Below are positions 23,862 to 31,414 of a stretch of 32,000 bases of DNA, in pieces. The DNA comes from an uncultured Nitrososphaerota archaeon. GTDB lineage: Archaea > Korarchaeota > Korarchaeia > Korarchaeales > Korarchaeaceae. Location: the NCBI GenBank assembly GCA_964480775.1, contig CAYZRF010000007.1, positions 1 through 32,000 on the forward strand, in the 5' to 3' direction. Position numbers and translations under genes: made by a program. Positions within the stretch are counted from its first letter, which is position 1; every line of letters begins with the position of its first letter. A model generated the notes under the pieces. The model ran no database searches, had not been told where the DNA came from, and saw nothing but the letters and a program-made list of their open reading frames with translations.

Positions 23862-24350
23862 ATGGAAGGAGAGGATTGGGAGGAGAAGTGGGAGGAATTT
23901 GAGAAGCGATGGGAAGAGTGGGCGGACGAATTCAGCAAAAAAATAGGATTAGCAATAGAAAAAGCTATGAGAAGCGCGTTTAGAGGCGCAATGGTTGGAC
24001 CGAGGGCTGTAGTAGCAGCGAGACCCAGGCTTCTTGAGGAAGGAGATTGGCTCAGGAGACCTATACCCATCAGAAACCTTAGCAGATCCTTGTATTCAAG
24101 GATAAGAGAGATGGCTGAAAGCATAGGGGTTACTGTAGGCGAACTAATGAATGAGGCTATGAGTTTCTACTTAAAGAAACACGATATTGCGACTCTAGAG
24201 AGGGAAAAAGAGAGGATCCTCAGGAAAATAGAGGAAATAGGAAAGCCAGGATATGCTGAACCAGAAGTAAGGGAGCTGCTTCTAAAGGAGTATCAAGAGA
24301 TGTTAAGCGAGATTAAGAAGAGACTCTCAGAGTTAAAGAAAAAAGAGTAA
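23862..24350 (+). CDS. ribbon-helix-helix (CopG/Arc/MetJ-like) DNA-binding protein with a Trp/Glu-rich N-terminus and a coiled-coil C-terminus
   Basis: The ORF track starts at 23781, inside the palindrome. I prefer ATG 23862 (MEGEDWEEKWEEFEKRWEEW...). The RHH-like segment is 'PIPIRNLSRSLYSRIREMAESIGVTVGELMNEAMSFYLKKH' (beta strand, helix, helix). The C-terminus is a charged heptad-like region. Confidence 0.55.
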   Translation: MEGEDWEEKWEEFEKRWEEWADEFSKKIGLAIEKAMRSAFRGAMVGPRAVVAARPRLLEEGDWLRRPIPIRNLSRSLYSRIREMAESIGVTVGELMNEAMSFYLKKHDIATLEREKERILRKIEEIGKPGYAEPEVRELLLKEYQEMLSEIKKRLSELKKKE

Positions 24351-24374
24351 GGAAAAACACGTACTTCAAATACA

Positions 24375-24389
24375 TTTTTTCTATTTTTT
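24375..24389 (+). terminator. double oligo-T tract (T6 n3 T6) after the RHH gene
   Basis: 'caTTTTTTctaTTTTTTg' begins 25 nt after the stop at 24350. Confidence 0.4.
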
Positions 24390-24406
24390 GAAGCGATGTT
24401 TACCCT

Positions 24407-24688
24407 ATGAGAGTCAACGTTAAAGTGGTAAAGGTTGAGGGATATTGCCCTGTCTTCTCTGAAGGAGACGAATTCATATTTGAAGACTTCATGATAAAGA
24501 AAGGACATACTTGCGATATTTGCATACACGCAGTTGTCGCTATCTCTCATTTCCTATGGGCCCTAGGTCATGGGCACTCCCCAGAAGAGGTTGGCATTGG
24601 TGAAGGATGTGTTGGCCATTTAAGATGTCCAGACCCTGGGCCGCCTGTTACAAAAGGGGGTTCAGTGCTCTTCGAACTAAAAGTGTGA
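24407..24688 (+). CDS. small Cys/His-rich protein, TIGR04076-like
   Basis: 93-aa ORF: 'MRVNVKVVKVEGYCPVFSEGDEFIFED....CDICIHAV...LRCPDPGPPVTKGGSVLFELKV'. This follows the pattern I recall for the TIGR04076 family ('kvkitV.e.kG.Cp....Gd.f ... C..a ... v.CpDp ... v.Fel.r'). Confidence 0.5.
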   Translation: MRVNVKVVKVEGYCPVFSEGDEFIFEDFMIKKGHTCDICIHAVVAISHFLWALGHGHSPEEVGIGEGCVGHLRCPDPGPPVTKGGSVLFELKV

Positions 24689-24695
24689 TGGCTGA

Positions 24696-24723
24696 ATTTA
24701 CTTCAACATGCCTTGAAGTAAAT
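24696..24723 (+). terminator. perfect 11-bp stem / 6-nt loop hairpin just after the stop of the TIGR04076-like gene
   Basis: ATTTACTTCAA catgcc TTGAAGTAAAT begins 8 nt after the TGA at 24686-24688. TATA-like TTTATAA (24732-24738) follows, about 33 nt before ATG 24769. No T-run follows the stem, so a role as an RNA or operator element is equally possible. Confidence 0.35.
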
Positions 24724-24768
24724 CGACGCACTTTATAAGGCCCTATAAACAGGTTTTCAGGGCTAAAT

Positions 24769-25671
24769 ATGAGCTTAAGAAAATTTGGATTCGTATTCTT
24801 GGCCCTGCTATTGCTTGGTGGTTTAGGGTTTTTCTACACCTTGATAACACAGACTCCTAGCTTGCGTTACTACGGGATACAAGAGAAGGGAGTTCCAGGC
24901 GCTGCTGCATTAGAACCCATGCCTTCCTATCCAAGCGAAGCCGTAGGTAGAGCAGAAACCGTCGAATCTGTATCAGAACAGTATGGTGGGGAAAGTAAGC
25001 AAACAAAATACGTGCAGACACAAAACCGAGCAATGATTTACGAGGCAGATATGACAATTGAGGTAGAGGAAGGTCAAGTTCGCGAGAAAGCAAGGAGAAT
25101 CATGGGCATAGCAACTACCTTCGACGGTTATGTTGCTTACTCGTGGATTGAAGAGAAGAGAGCGGTGATATCAATCAAGGTACCGGCAGATAGGCTTGAC
25201 ACAGCAATGGATGCCATAAGAAATCTTGGAGAGGTTAAGTCAGAGAACCTTAATGCCTATGATGTTACTGACCGACTTATAGATCTTGAAGCGAGGCTAA
25301 ACAACTCTAGAGCAACTGAAAAAAGGCTTCTTGAGATTCTGGCGATGGCTGAAAACGTGAACGATGTACTTATGGTCGAGGACAGGCTCAAGTGGGTTAG
25401 GGAAGAGATAGAGATGTTGGAGGCGCAACTGAAGAATCTCATGGCAAGTATAGATTACAGCACGATCACAGTAACCATAGAAGAGAAGAGAGGGTTGGAA
25501 CTACCAGAATTCGATTTAGCTAGGATTCTTAGCACTGCCTTGTCGGCATTCTATGCTGCTATATCCTTCATTATAGTTGGTCTTTTCTTAGCCGCTCCTT
25601 TTGGCGCGGTCGGCATCATTGGTCTATGGATCTATCGCAGGGTTAAGGGCGGACAAACAAAGGGCGGCTAA
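24769..25671 (+). CDS. DUF4349 domain-containing membrane protein
   Basis: 300-aa ORF with an N-terminal TM (FGFVFLALLLLGGLGFFYTLI). The central region reads 'ISIKVPADRLDTAMDAIRNLGEVKSENLNAYDVTDRLIDLEARLNNSRATEKRLLEIL...EDRLKWVREEIEMLEAQLKNL...STITVTI'. There are C-terminal TM helices. This is the layout and motif string I recall for DUF4349. Confidence 0.7.
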   Translation: MSLRKFGFVFLALLLLGGLGFFYTLITQTPSLRYYGIQEKGVPGAAALEPMPSYPSEAVGRAETVESVSEQYGGESKQTKYVQTQNRAMIYEADMTIEVEEGQVREKARRIMGIATTFDGYVAYSWIEEKRAVISIKVPADRLDTAMDAIRNLGEVKSENLNAYDVTDRLIDLEARLNNSRATEKRLLEILAMAENVNDVLMVEDRLKWVREEIEMLEAQLKNLMASIDYSTITVTIEEKRGLELPEFDLARILSTALSAFYAAISFIIVGLFLAAPFGAVGIIGLWIYRRVKGGQTKGG

Positions 25672-25681
25672 AGGAATGGTG

Positions 25682-27073
25682 TCAGCCCTTTGCTACCCTT
25701 ATTTTTTCAATCAACATCGGAGGAGTCACCAACGAACCCGATGAATTGCTCGGAACTGTTATCTCTGGCTCTTCTCCTATCCTTACGATCTTTTTCAGTA
25801 GGTCAAACACGTTGCCCTTTATGGAGAGACCCCTTATCGGGCCGACTATCTGACCTCTTTCTACGTAATATCCGTGCAGAATAGGAAGACTAAAATCTCC
25901 AGAAGGACTCATGGTGAAGCCAGCAAAGACTTCTAAACAATAAACTCCCTTATTAATTTCCGAGAGTAAGTCTTCAACTCTGCCCTTTCCAGGTTTTATG
26001 ATGAGGTTGCTCATCCATATCCTTGGCCTACACTTGTAGGACCTTGCAAAGAACTTGTCCCATAGCGGGCTCTCCCATCTGGCACAATTGCTGGTGCTTC
26101 TGAATTCTCCCAATTGGGCCGCTATACTATCGTACATGTATCCCTTAAGTACCCCGCCCTCTATAAGGAAAGTCTTGGAGGAGGGAACGCCTTCATCGTC
26201 GAATGCAGTTGTGTACAAGCCACCTTCATAAGTCGGGTCATCCCAGATTGTCACAGACTGAGTAGCAATCTGTTCTCCTAACTTATCTGCTAGAGGAGAT
26301 ACTCCAGATCTTACTTGGTCGGCGCAAAGAGCGTTTACAAAGGAATAACTCAAAAGCTCTGTTATGACAACCGGTGAGAGCAGGACTTGATGATAGTCGC
26401 TCTCCAAAGTTACTGGATCCTTTGAAAGTCTGATAAGCTCTTCCGAAACTTGTTTGACGAGAGATCTTGGGCTAGCCTGATTGAGTCTTCTAGCAAGCTG
26501 AACTTTGCTATACTGTATGGGCTTCTCATTCTTGTAGCTCAAAGTTGCTGAGGCTCCTACGTACGTGCCCTCTTGAAATAGTTCAGAGCCCTCGGTGTTG
26601 AAAACAGCTGTTTGAACTATGGCCTTCTCAAATGTTAAGTCTATTGGGGTTATATTGGCATTATAAGAGGCGGCAACCTCTTCCATGCCTTTAACATACT
26701 CAAGGATCCGTTCTTCATTAAGTTCAATCAATTCTTCATCGTATTCGACTCGTTCTTTCAATCCTGTATAGCTTGGGAAGAATCCAAACCCCTTTGTTTC
26801 CTGCGCAGAGGCAACCGCCTGTTTAATAGCGAATCTAACGGAATCTTCGCTAAGGTCTGAGCTATAAGCAAAGCCCAGTCTTGCCCCTACCTTTACCCTA
26901 AACGCAGCACCCATATCCTCAAGGAACTGGCCGAAGAATTTCTTCTCGCCAGCCTCTCTAAGGATAGAGTTCTTGGTATTCCTCCTATTCAAGAGGAAAA
27001 CCTCAGCCTGCTCAACACCTTCTTCCTCTAAGGTCATCTGAAGGAGTTTCTTGGCCTTTTCTCGGAGATCCAT
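25682..27073 (-). CDS. TldD/PmbA-family protein (PmbA/TldE-like; no HExxxH)
   Basis: 463-aa ORF. Its ATG lies 8 nt after GGAGGTGAT and 3 nt after the stop of the upstream paralog. It carries '...YTTAFDDEGVPSSKTFLIEGGVLKGYMYD...' and '...GDFSLPILHGYYVERGQIV...', typical PmbA_TldD blocks. Confidence 0.8.
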   Translation of the reverse strand: MDLREKAKKLLQMTLEEEGVEQAEVFLLNRRNTKNSILREAGEKKFFGQFLEDMGAAFRVKVGARLGFAYSSDLSEDSVRFAIKQAVASAQETKGFGFFPSYTGLKERVEYDEELIELNEERILEYVKGMEEVAASYNANITPIDLTFEKAIVQTAVFNTEGSELFQEGTYVGASATLSYKNEKPIQYSKVQLARRLNQASPRSLVKQVSEELIRLSKDPVTLESDYHQVLLSPVVITELLSYSFVNALCADQVRSGVSPLADKLGEQIATQSVTIWDDPTYEGGLYTTAFDDEGVPSSKTFLIEGGVLKGYMYDSIAAQLGEFRSTSNCARWESPLWDKFFARSYKCRPRIWMSNLIIKPGKGRVEDLLSEINKGVYCLEVFAGFTMSPSGDFSLPILHGYYVERGQIVGPIRGLSIKGNVFDLLKKIVRIGEEPEITVPSNSSGSLVTPPMLIEKIRVAKG

Positions 27074-27076
27074 AGT

Positions 27077-28456
27077 TCAAATCACCTCCAGCTGGCTGAA
27101 CCTTAAGTGTGGTCCACCTCCTGAGACAGAATATGCCTCATCGGCTCTGGTTAGCCTCAACGGTAGGTAATCGTAGTCAGAACCCACAGCATCTACTGAG
27201 AAAAGGTCCTTCAGAAGATCCAGTCTTAGAGAGGGCCCTTTTAGGATCTCATCCTTTATTTGCCCATTTTCTATCGTTTGCGCTATCATGGTCTTGCACT
27301 GAACAAACCTGCCAATAGTAGCTCCAATAATCCCCCTTACGTAGATCCCCCTCTCAATTCCTTCCACAAGTTCCTCAAACGTATGATCCTTTGGATCTAT
27401 TATTGCGTTTGACACCATGGGTACAGGGAGAAAAGCAGCACTGGGAGCTCTTGAATGACCCGTAGGACTCGTACCATGCTTAAATGCAGTCTCCCTTGAG
27501 TGCAAGTATCCTTTCAAGACACCAGATTCAACTACCTTTACAGGTCTAGACTCCACGCCCTCCTCATCGTATTTGTATGAGGCAGGTAGCCCTGGCGACG
27601 AAGGATCATCTGTAATATCCAACATTTCTGGGAAGATCTGCTCACCAATTTTTCCGTAAAATACCCCCATCTCGCTCTCAGGAACGGATGCTAATGTAGC
27701 CGTGGCCATTAAGTCCACACACAATGCGATTAACCCAGCTATTTTATTGTCAACTATGACTGGCATCCTCCCGGTTGGTGGATGCTTTGCTCCAAGAAGA
27801 TTAAGGGCTTCCATCGCTAGCTCTTGCGCCATTTCCATTGGATCCGCATAAGCTAACAACTCCTGTCCAGCGCTAGCAGCGAGCCTTCCTATCGTCCTCT
27901 CTATCTTATCCCCTTCCCTTGCTGTGATTGTGAATCTCAGGCTTGTAAACGGGTTGACTTCATATATCTGTCCGCCATCTGTACTGATGAGGTATCTTTC
28001 AATGACGCTGTCCTCATAGCTGAACTGTGTTCTAACTATCCTCTGATCCAGCTCTCTGGCAATCTTGTCAGATTCTAATATGATCTCCTGCTTCTCTTCA
28101 AGAGGAACTTCTCTGGAATCGCTTATTGCCTCCAACTCAACTCTGTCCTTAATGGCTTTAACTTGAGCTAGCTGGATCCTTCCAGCACCTATATTGGACC
28201 CTGCCTTTGCTATCTTCACCGAATTTGAAATAGCTTCTTGCACGTCCTCTCTAGAAGTTGAGTTGCACGTTGAAAAGCCCCAGATTCCTTGATAGAGAGC
28301 CCTGACGCCTACGCTGAGATCAATGCTTGGGATTACTCTCTTAATTTTCCCGTTAATTACTTCTATTCTTGTTCGGAAGGACTTTGTAATTCTAACGTCG
28401 GCATAAGAAGCTCCTAGCTCTAGAGCTCTATTGAGGACCGGTACTAACTCCTCCAA
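27077..28456 (-). CDS. TldD/PmbA-family protein (TldD position in the pair, but no HExxxH)
   Basis: 459-aa ORF. TTG 28456 is the only available start and lies 7 nt after GGGAGGAAG. It carries 'LGASYADVRI', 'YKYDEEGVESRPVKVVESGVLKGYLHSRETA...TGHSRA'. It overlaps the Roadblock gene by 29 nt. Confidence 0.8.
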   Translation of the reverse strand: MEELVPVLNRALELGASYADVRITKSFRTRIEVINGKIKRVIPSIDLSVGVRALYQGIWGFSTCNSTSREDVQEAISNSVKIAKAGSNIGAGRIQLAQVKAIKDRVELEAISDSREVPLEEKQEIILESDKIARELDQRIVRTQFSYEDSVIERYLISTDGGQIYEVNPFTSLRFTITAREGDKIERTIGRLAASAGQELLAYADPMEMAQELAMEALNLLGAKHPPTGRMPVIVDNKIAGLIALCVDLMATATLASVPESEMGVFYGKIGEQIFPEMLDITDDPSSPGLPASYKYDEEGVESRPVKVVESGVLKGYLHSRETAFKHGTSPTGHSRAPSAAFLPVPMVSNAIIDPKDHTFEELVEGIERGIYVRGIIGATIGRFVQCKTMIAQTIENGQIKDEILKGPSLRLDLLKDLFSVDAVGSDYDYLPLRLTRADEAYSVSGGGPHLRFSQLEVI

Positions 28457-28838
28457 TGGGACTTCCTCCCAATATCTTAAGAAGTTGTTCTACGGCCCTT
28501 CTTATCCTTACAAGAAGGAGAGCTAGGTTAGCTCTTCTATCAGCAGAAACATAAAGAATGAAAGATTCTCCTAGAGGGGCCAATACTGCTACACCGTTAG
28601 GGCCTCTTATAATTGCGTGAGCTAATCCTCCAATGTTTGAGTTAGCCCCAAATGTCTTAGAGAGCTGTAATATCCTCAAAAGCTCTTCTCCTGTTACTTT
28701 AACGTCCCTCTTATCAAGATCGGTCCTGTACCAGGAATAAGTTTCGTTGCCGCTTGCATCTGAAATCAGGACCGCGTTAACCCCTAGGAGGGAGGTAAGC
28801 CCAGCTAGGGTACTCTCCACACTGCTTCTAAACTCCAA
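28428..28838 (-). CDS. Roadblock/LC7 (MglB-like) domain protein
   Basis: 136-aa ORF. The TTG start lies 6 nt after GAGGTG. It reads '...LTSLLGVNAVLISDASGNETYSW......GGLAHAIIRGPNGVAVLAPLGESFILYVSADRRANLALLLVRIRRAVEQL', the Robl/LC7 alpha-beta-alpha pattern. Confidence 0.7.
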   Translation of the reverse strand: MEFRSSVESTLAGLTSLLGVNAVLISDASGNETYSWYRTDLDKRDVKVTGEELLRILQLSKTFGANSNIGGLAHAIIRGPNGVAVLAPLGESFILYVSADRRANLALLLVRIRRAVEQLLKILGGSPIGGVSTGPQ

Positions 28839-29038
28839 CTTTTACACCTCGATTACAGTTAAATTGTCTTCACTGAATTTGAAAAATACTTCCTCAAAAA
28901 TGATGAAGTTATGAAATTATCGAAACTAATCAAACTCATCAATTCCGCTGTAAGATGCGCTCTTTTTCCAATGTAAGGCTTGGAAAATGACACAAAAGGT
29001 TAATATAGGATGTCTCATAAAAAAGATTAGGATGAAAT

Positions 29039-29404
29039 ATGGGAGAAGAAGAGAAGGAGAAGGAAAAGGAAGAGGCCACCTCTAAGGCCCTTCTAAAGGC
29101 AATTGCATCGTCAGCAGCAACGTATGCTCTTTTAGCAACAATTCTCGAGAGAAAGGAGATTATGGACATATTGTCCGATGAAAGTCTCAGCATGAAGGAA
29201 AAGCTAGCCAAAATAGCAAAGGAGTATCTACCGGAAAAAGAGAAAGAGGACCTTCTTGAGCTAGGTGCTGCAGTTTTAGCGGGACTTGTTGTGGCAGGGA
29301 AGGAGAAGGCAAAGAAAGAAGAAAAAGAGCCAAAAGAAGCCGTTAAAGAGATAGCTGAACTTATTAAGAAGCTAAGAGAAGGAGGAAAAACAAAAGAAGC
29401 TTGA
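29039..29404 (+). CDS. Lys/Glu-rich hypothetical protein with a central hydrophobic/Ala-rich segment
   Basis: 121-aa ORF. Its ATG lies 5 nt after AGGATGA, and TATA-like TTAATATA sits about 31 nt upstream. The sequence is low-complexity and charged (EEEKEKEKEE..., KEKAKKEEKEPKE). I recognise no family. Confidence 0.45.
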   Translation: MGEEEKEKEKEEATSKALLKAIASSAATYALLATILERKEIMDILSDESLSMKEKLAKIAKEYLPEKEKEDLLELGAAVLAGLVVAGKEKAKKEEKEPKEAVKEIAELIKKLREGGKTKEA

Positions 29405-29464
29405 GCTACGAAGCCAATTATAATCTAAGAGTGAGGTTTTGCTCAGTTATAGGAATATAATACT

Positions 29465-30088
29465 TCAAGTGATGAAACTCATAAGCTTTCTTACCATTTC
29501 TAATAATATGCTAGCCCTTTTCGCACAAAGAGATACCATTTTAGCTCTAATCTTTTCATCCGTCTCTACGCTTATATCATCAGCTTTATCCCTGATGTAC
29601 AGGAGTTCTGCTTCCATTTTCTCCAATATATCCATTGCTTCTTCTGACACAACTTCGAGATCCTCTTCGATCTGCGAAATCTTATGTACAACCAATTCAA
29701 CGTCTTTAACCAAGTTCTTAACTGAAGGCTCCTGAACCTCTTCCAAGGTGGCTATGATCCTTGACGCATCATCTTTCATCCTTGAAATAACCTTCTTTGC
29801 TTTTTTGGGATCCACCTCTCTTGTCAGGGCACTCATTGCAAGGATAAAGATACCAAGCACAGTATCAAAGAAGCTCGCTATGATGACATAAGTCATTTCC
29901 TTCTTCGACACACCATACCTACCTCTGAGCTTGGAAGCGAGCATTCCAAAAGCAAGAGCAACTATTATTCTGTAAGCTATGATTATGGTGATAACAATAA
30001 TCAGCACGTACATGTAAGGCTCTGAAATAAGCTGCAACTTGGAACCACCGGTGGAAACTCCAAAGGATAAGATTAAAACCCTTTTCAC
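29465..30088 (-). CDS. membrane protein (2 TM) with an acidic coiled-coil C-terminal domain, unknown function
   Basis: 207-aa ORF from GTG 30088; ATG 30013 is an alternative start. The TM segments are YVLIIVITIIIAYRIIVALAFGML and YVIIASFFDTVLGIFILAM, followed by a helical, charged domain. Confidence 0.5.
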   Translation of the reverse strand: MKRVLILSFGVSTGGSKLQLISEPYMYVLIIVITIIIAYRIIVALAFGMLASKLRGRYGVSKKEMTYVIIASFFDTVLGIFILAMSALTREVDPKKAKKVISRMKDDASRIIATLEEVQEPSVKNLVKDVELVVHKISQIEEDLEVVSEEAMDILEKMEAELLYIRDKADDISVETDEKIRAKMVSLCAKRASILLEMVRKLMSFIT

Positions 30089-30116
30089 TGTAAGATTTAG
30101 ATAAACTGGCCTTTAG

Positions 30117-30395
30117 CTATTTTTTCTCCTCATTATCTGAGAGAAGATCTTCAAAAAATGATTTCATACCTTCTAGAACGGAAGGGTGGCTTATTCCAAG
30201 TAATATGAAAAGAGCTCCTATCACGTATACTGCATCGCTTAAGAACGCTCTATCGAACTGTTCCTTTTCGACTTTATCTACTAGTCTTTTGAGGGCTTTG
30301 GTTAACAATATCAACTGGATGGCTGTGGACGTCCCACCTCCAAAAAGATCTATGCCTTTATCCTCCTTCTGCCTCTTCTCATCTTCTTCTGACAT
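30117..30395 (-). CDS. small hypothetical protein with one hydrophobic helix
   Basis: 92-aa ORF. Its ATG directly abuts the stop of the upstream wHTH gene (TAG 30398-30396, ATG 30395-30393). It contains the hydrophobic helix AVYVIGALFILLGI. Confidence 0.5.
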   Translation of the reverse strand: MSEEDEKRQKEDKGIDLFGGGTSTAIQLILLTKALKRLVDKVEKEQFDRAFLSDAVYVIGALFILLGISHPSVLEGMKSFFEDLLSDNEEKK

Positions 30396-30875
30396 CTACT
30401 CTTCCTCCACAAGCTCCAATATCTTTCTGCTTAACCTATAAAGGTAGGGGCGGCCAGATGTGTCTTTCTCCACGATGCCCTCTTCAGCAAACTTGTTGAG
30501 GTACTTCCTTATCGTTCCTTCAGATGCTTCCAGCTTCTCAGCAAGTTGCTTAACGGTATAAGCCTGGCCGTTTGCCAAAGCCACAAGAATTCCGTATTGT
30601 TTTTTTGACAGGCCTAACCTCTCGGCGTCCCTTTGCCTCTTTAACTCCTTTTCAGCTAACTTTTTTCCATGGTACGCTGCTTTAGCGAAGTGGTATATCT
30701 TGCTTGATTCTGACCTAACAAGAAACCCCCTGGCTGCATGCCAAGCCAATATTAGGGCCCTTTGAAGAGGTGTTAGTTTTTTCCTAGGCAACTCTCTTTT
30801 TGAGCGTCTTGCTGAAATAAAAGTTTTCAGAACAGAATCGTTTGCCCTACTCCTCCTCGGCTGGCGTGATTCCAA
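30396..30875 (-). CDS. winged helix-turn-helix transcriptional regulator (ArsR/TrmB/MarR-like) with a very basic N-terminal extension
   Basis: The C-terminus reads 'KKQYGILVALANGQAYTVKQLAEKLEASEGTIRKYLNKFAEEGIVEKDTSGRPYLYRLS', a wHTH. The start is uncertain: TTG 30875 is the longest option, there is no in-frame ATG, and a GAGGAGGAG just upstream of the preceding gene's stop has no obvious start after it. Confidence 0.6.
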   Translation of the reverse strand: MESRQPRRSRANDSVLKTFISARRSKRELPRKKLTPLQRALILAWHAARGFLVRSESSKIYHFAKAAYHGKKLAEKELKRQRDAERLGLSKKQYGILVALANGQAYTVKQLAEKLEASEGTIRKYLNKFAEEGIVEKDTSGRPYLYRLSRKILELVEEE

Positions 30876-31398
30876 AGAGGAAAGAAGTTAGGCCTTTCAT
30901 TCCTAGAACAGCACCTAGAATCGAAAGTATTGCCGCCAATACTCCTAAGATCGAGCTTGAATAGCTGTAATAATTGAGATCATAAGAGTACGTAAAGTTC
31001 GCCAATTCTTTTCCTAGAATTACGAGATTTATCTCTTTTGGGATCGATCCTTCTATCTTAATAGTCTCAGGTACGTACGAAGTGAGCTTAAGGGTTTCCT
31101 TGTATTCTGTTCCGTTTGCATGTTCTAACCTTAATGTTATGTTAGAGTTTGAAGTACTGATGAACGTCATGTTCCCCCACAGGCCGCCATATTTCATTCC
31201 TATGTCTCTTAGGGAATCTAATGAGATCTCTACAGTTCCGTTAGCATTGTAAACAAGCTTTTCACTTGATATGTTGTGTGTTCTTGGGAGTATAGCAGAA
31301 AGAGAAAGGAAAAAAGCTGCAAAGAGGAAAATTAGGCCCATTACTAATGCTCTGTTTCTTAGCACTCTTCTTATAGCAGATTCTTTTGAGTCGTACAT
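30847..31398 (-). CDS. bitopic/secreted protein with N- and C-terminal hydrophobic helices, unknown function
   Basis: The ORF track starts at 31500, inside the ABC gene. I prefer ATG 31398 (MYDSKESAIRRVLRNRALVMGLIFLFAAFFLSLSAIL...), 16 nt after the ABC stop. The central domain is beta-rich with several N-x-S/T sites. The C-terminal helix is ILGVLAAILSILGAVLGM. Confidence 0.5.
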   Translation of the reverse strand: MYDSKESAIRRVLRNRALVMGLIFLFAAFFLSLSAILPRTHNISSEKLVYNANGTVEISLDSLRDIGMKYGGLWGNMTFISTSNSNITLRLEHANGTEYKETLKLTSYVPETIKIEGSIPKEINLVILGKELANFTYSYDLNYYSYSSSILGVLAAILSILGAVLGMKGLTSFLFGITPAEEE

Positions 31399-31414
31399 TC
31401 TCGCTTTTAAGAAC

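Noticed and set aside
23738-24124. 128-aa minus-strand ORF overlapping the RHH gene and the palindrome
   Set aside because: Its 'YRITVIRYNN' segment is only the mirror translation of the 35-nt palindrome. The rest is Ser/Leu-rich antisense sequence. The plus-strand reading has the RHH-like core and a proper SD and ATG.
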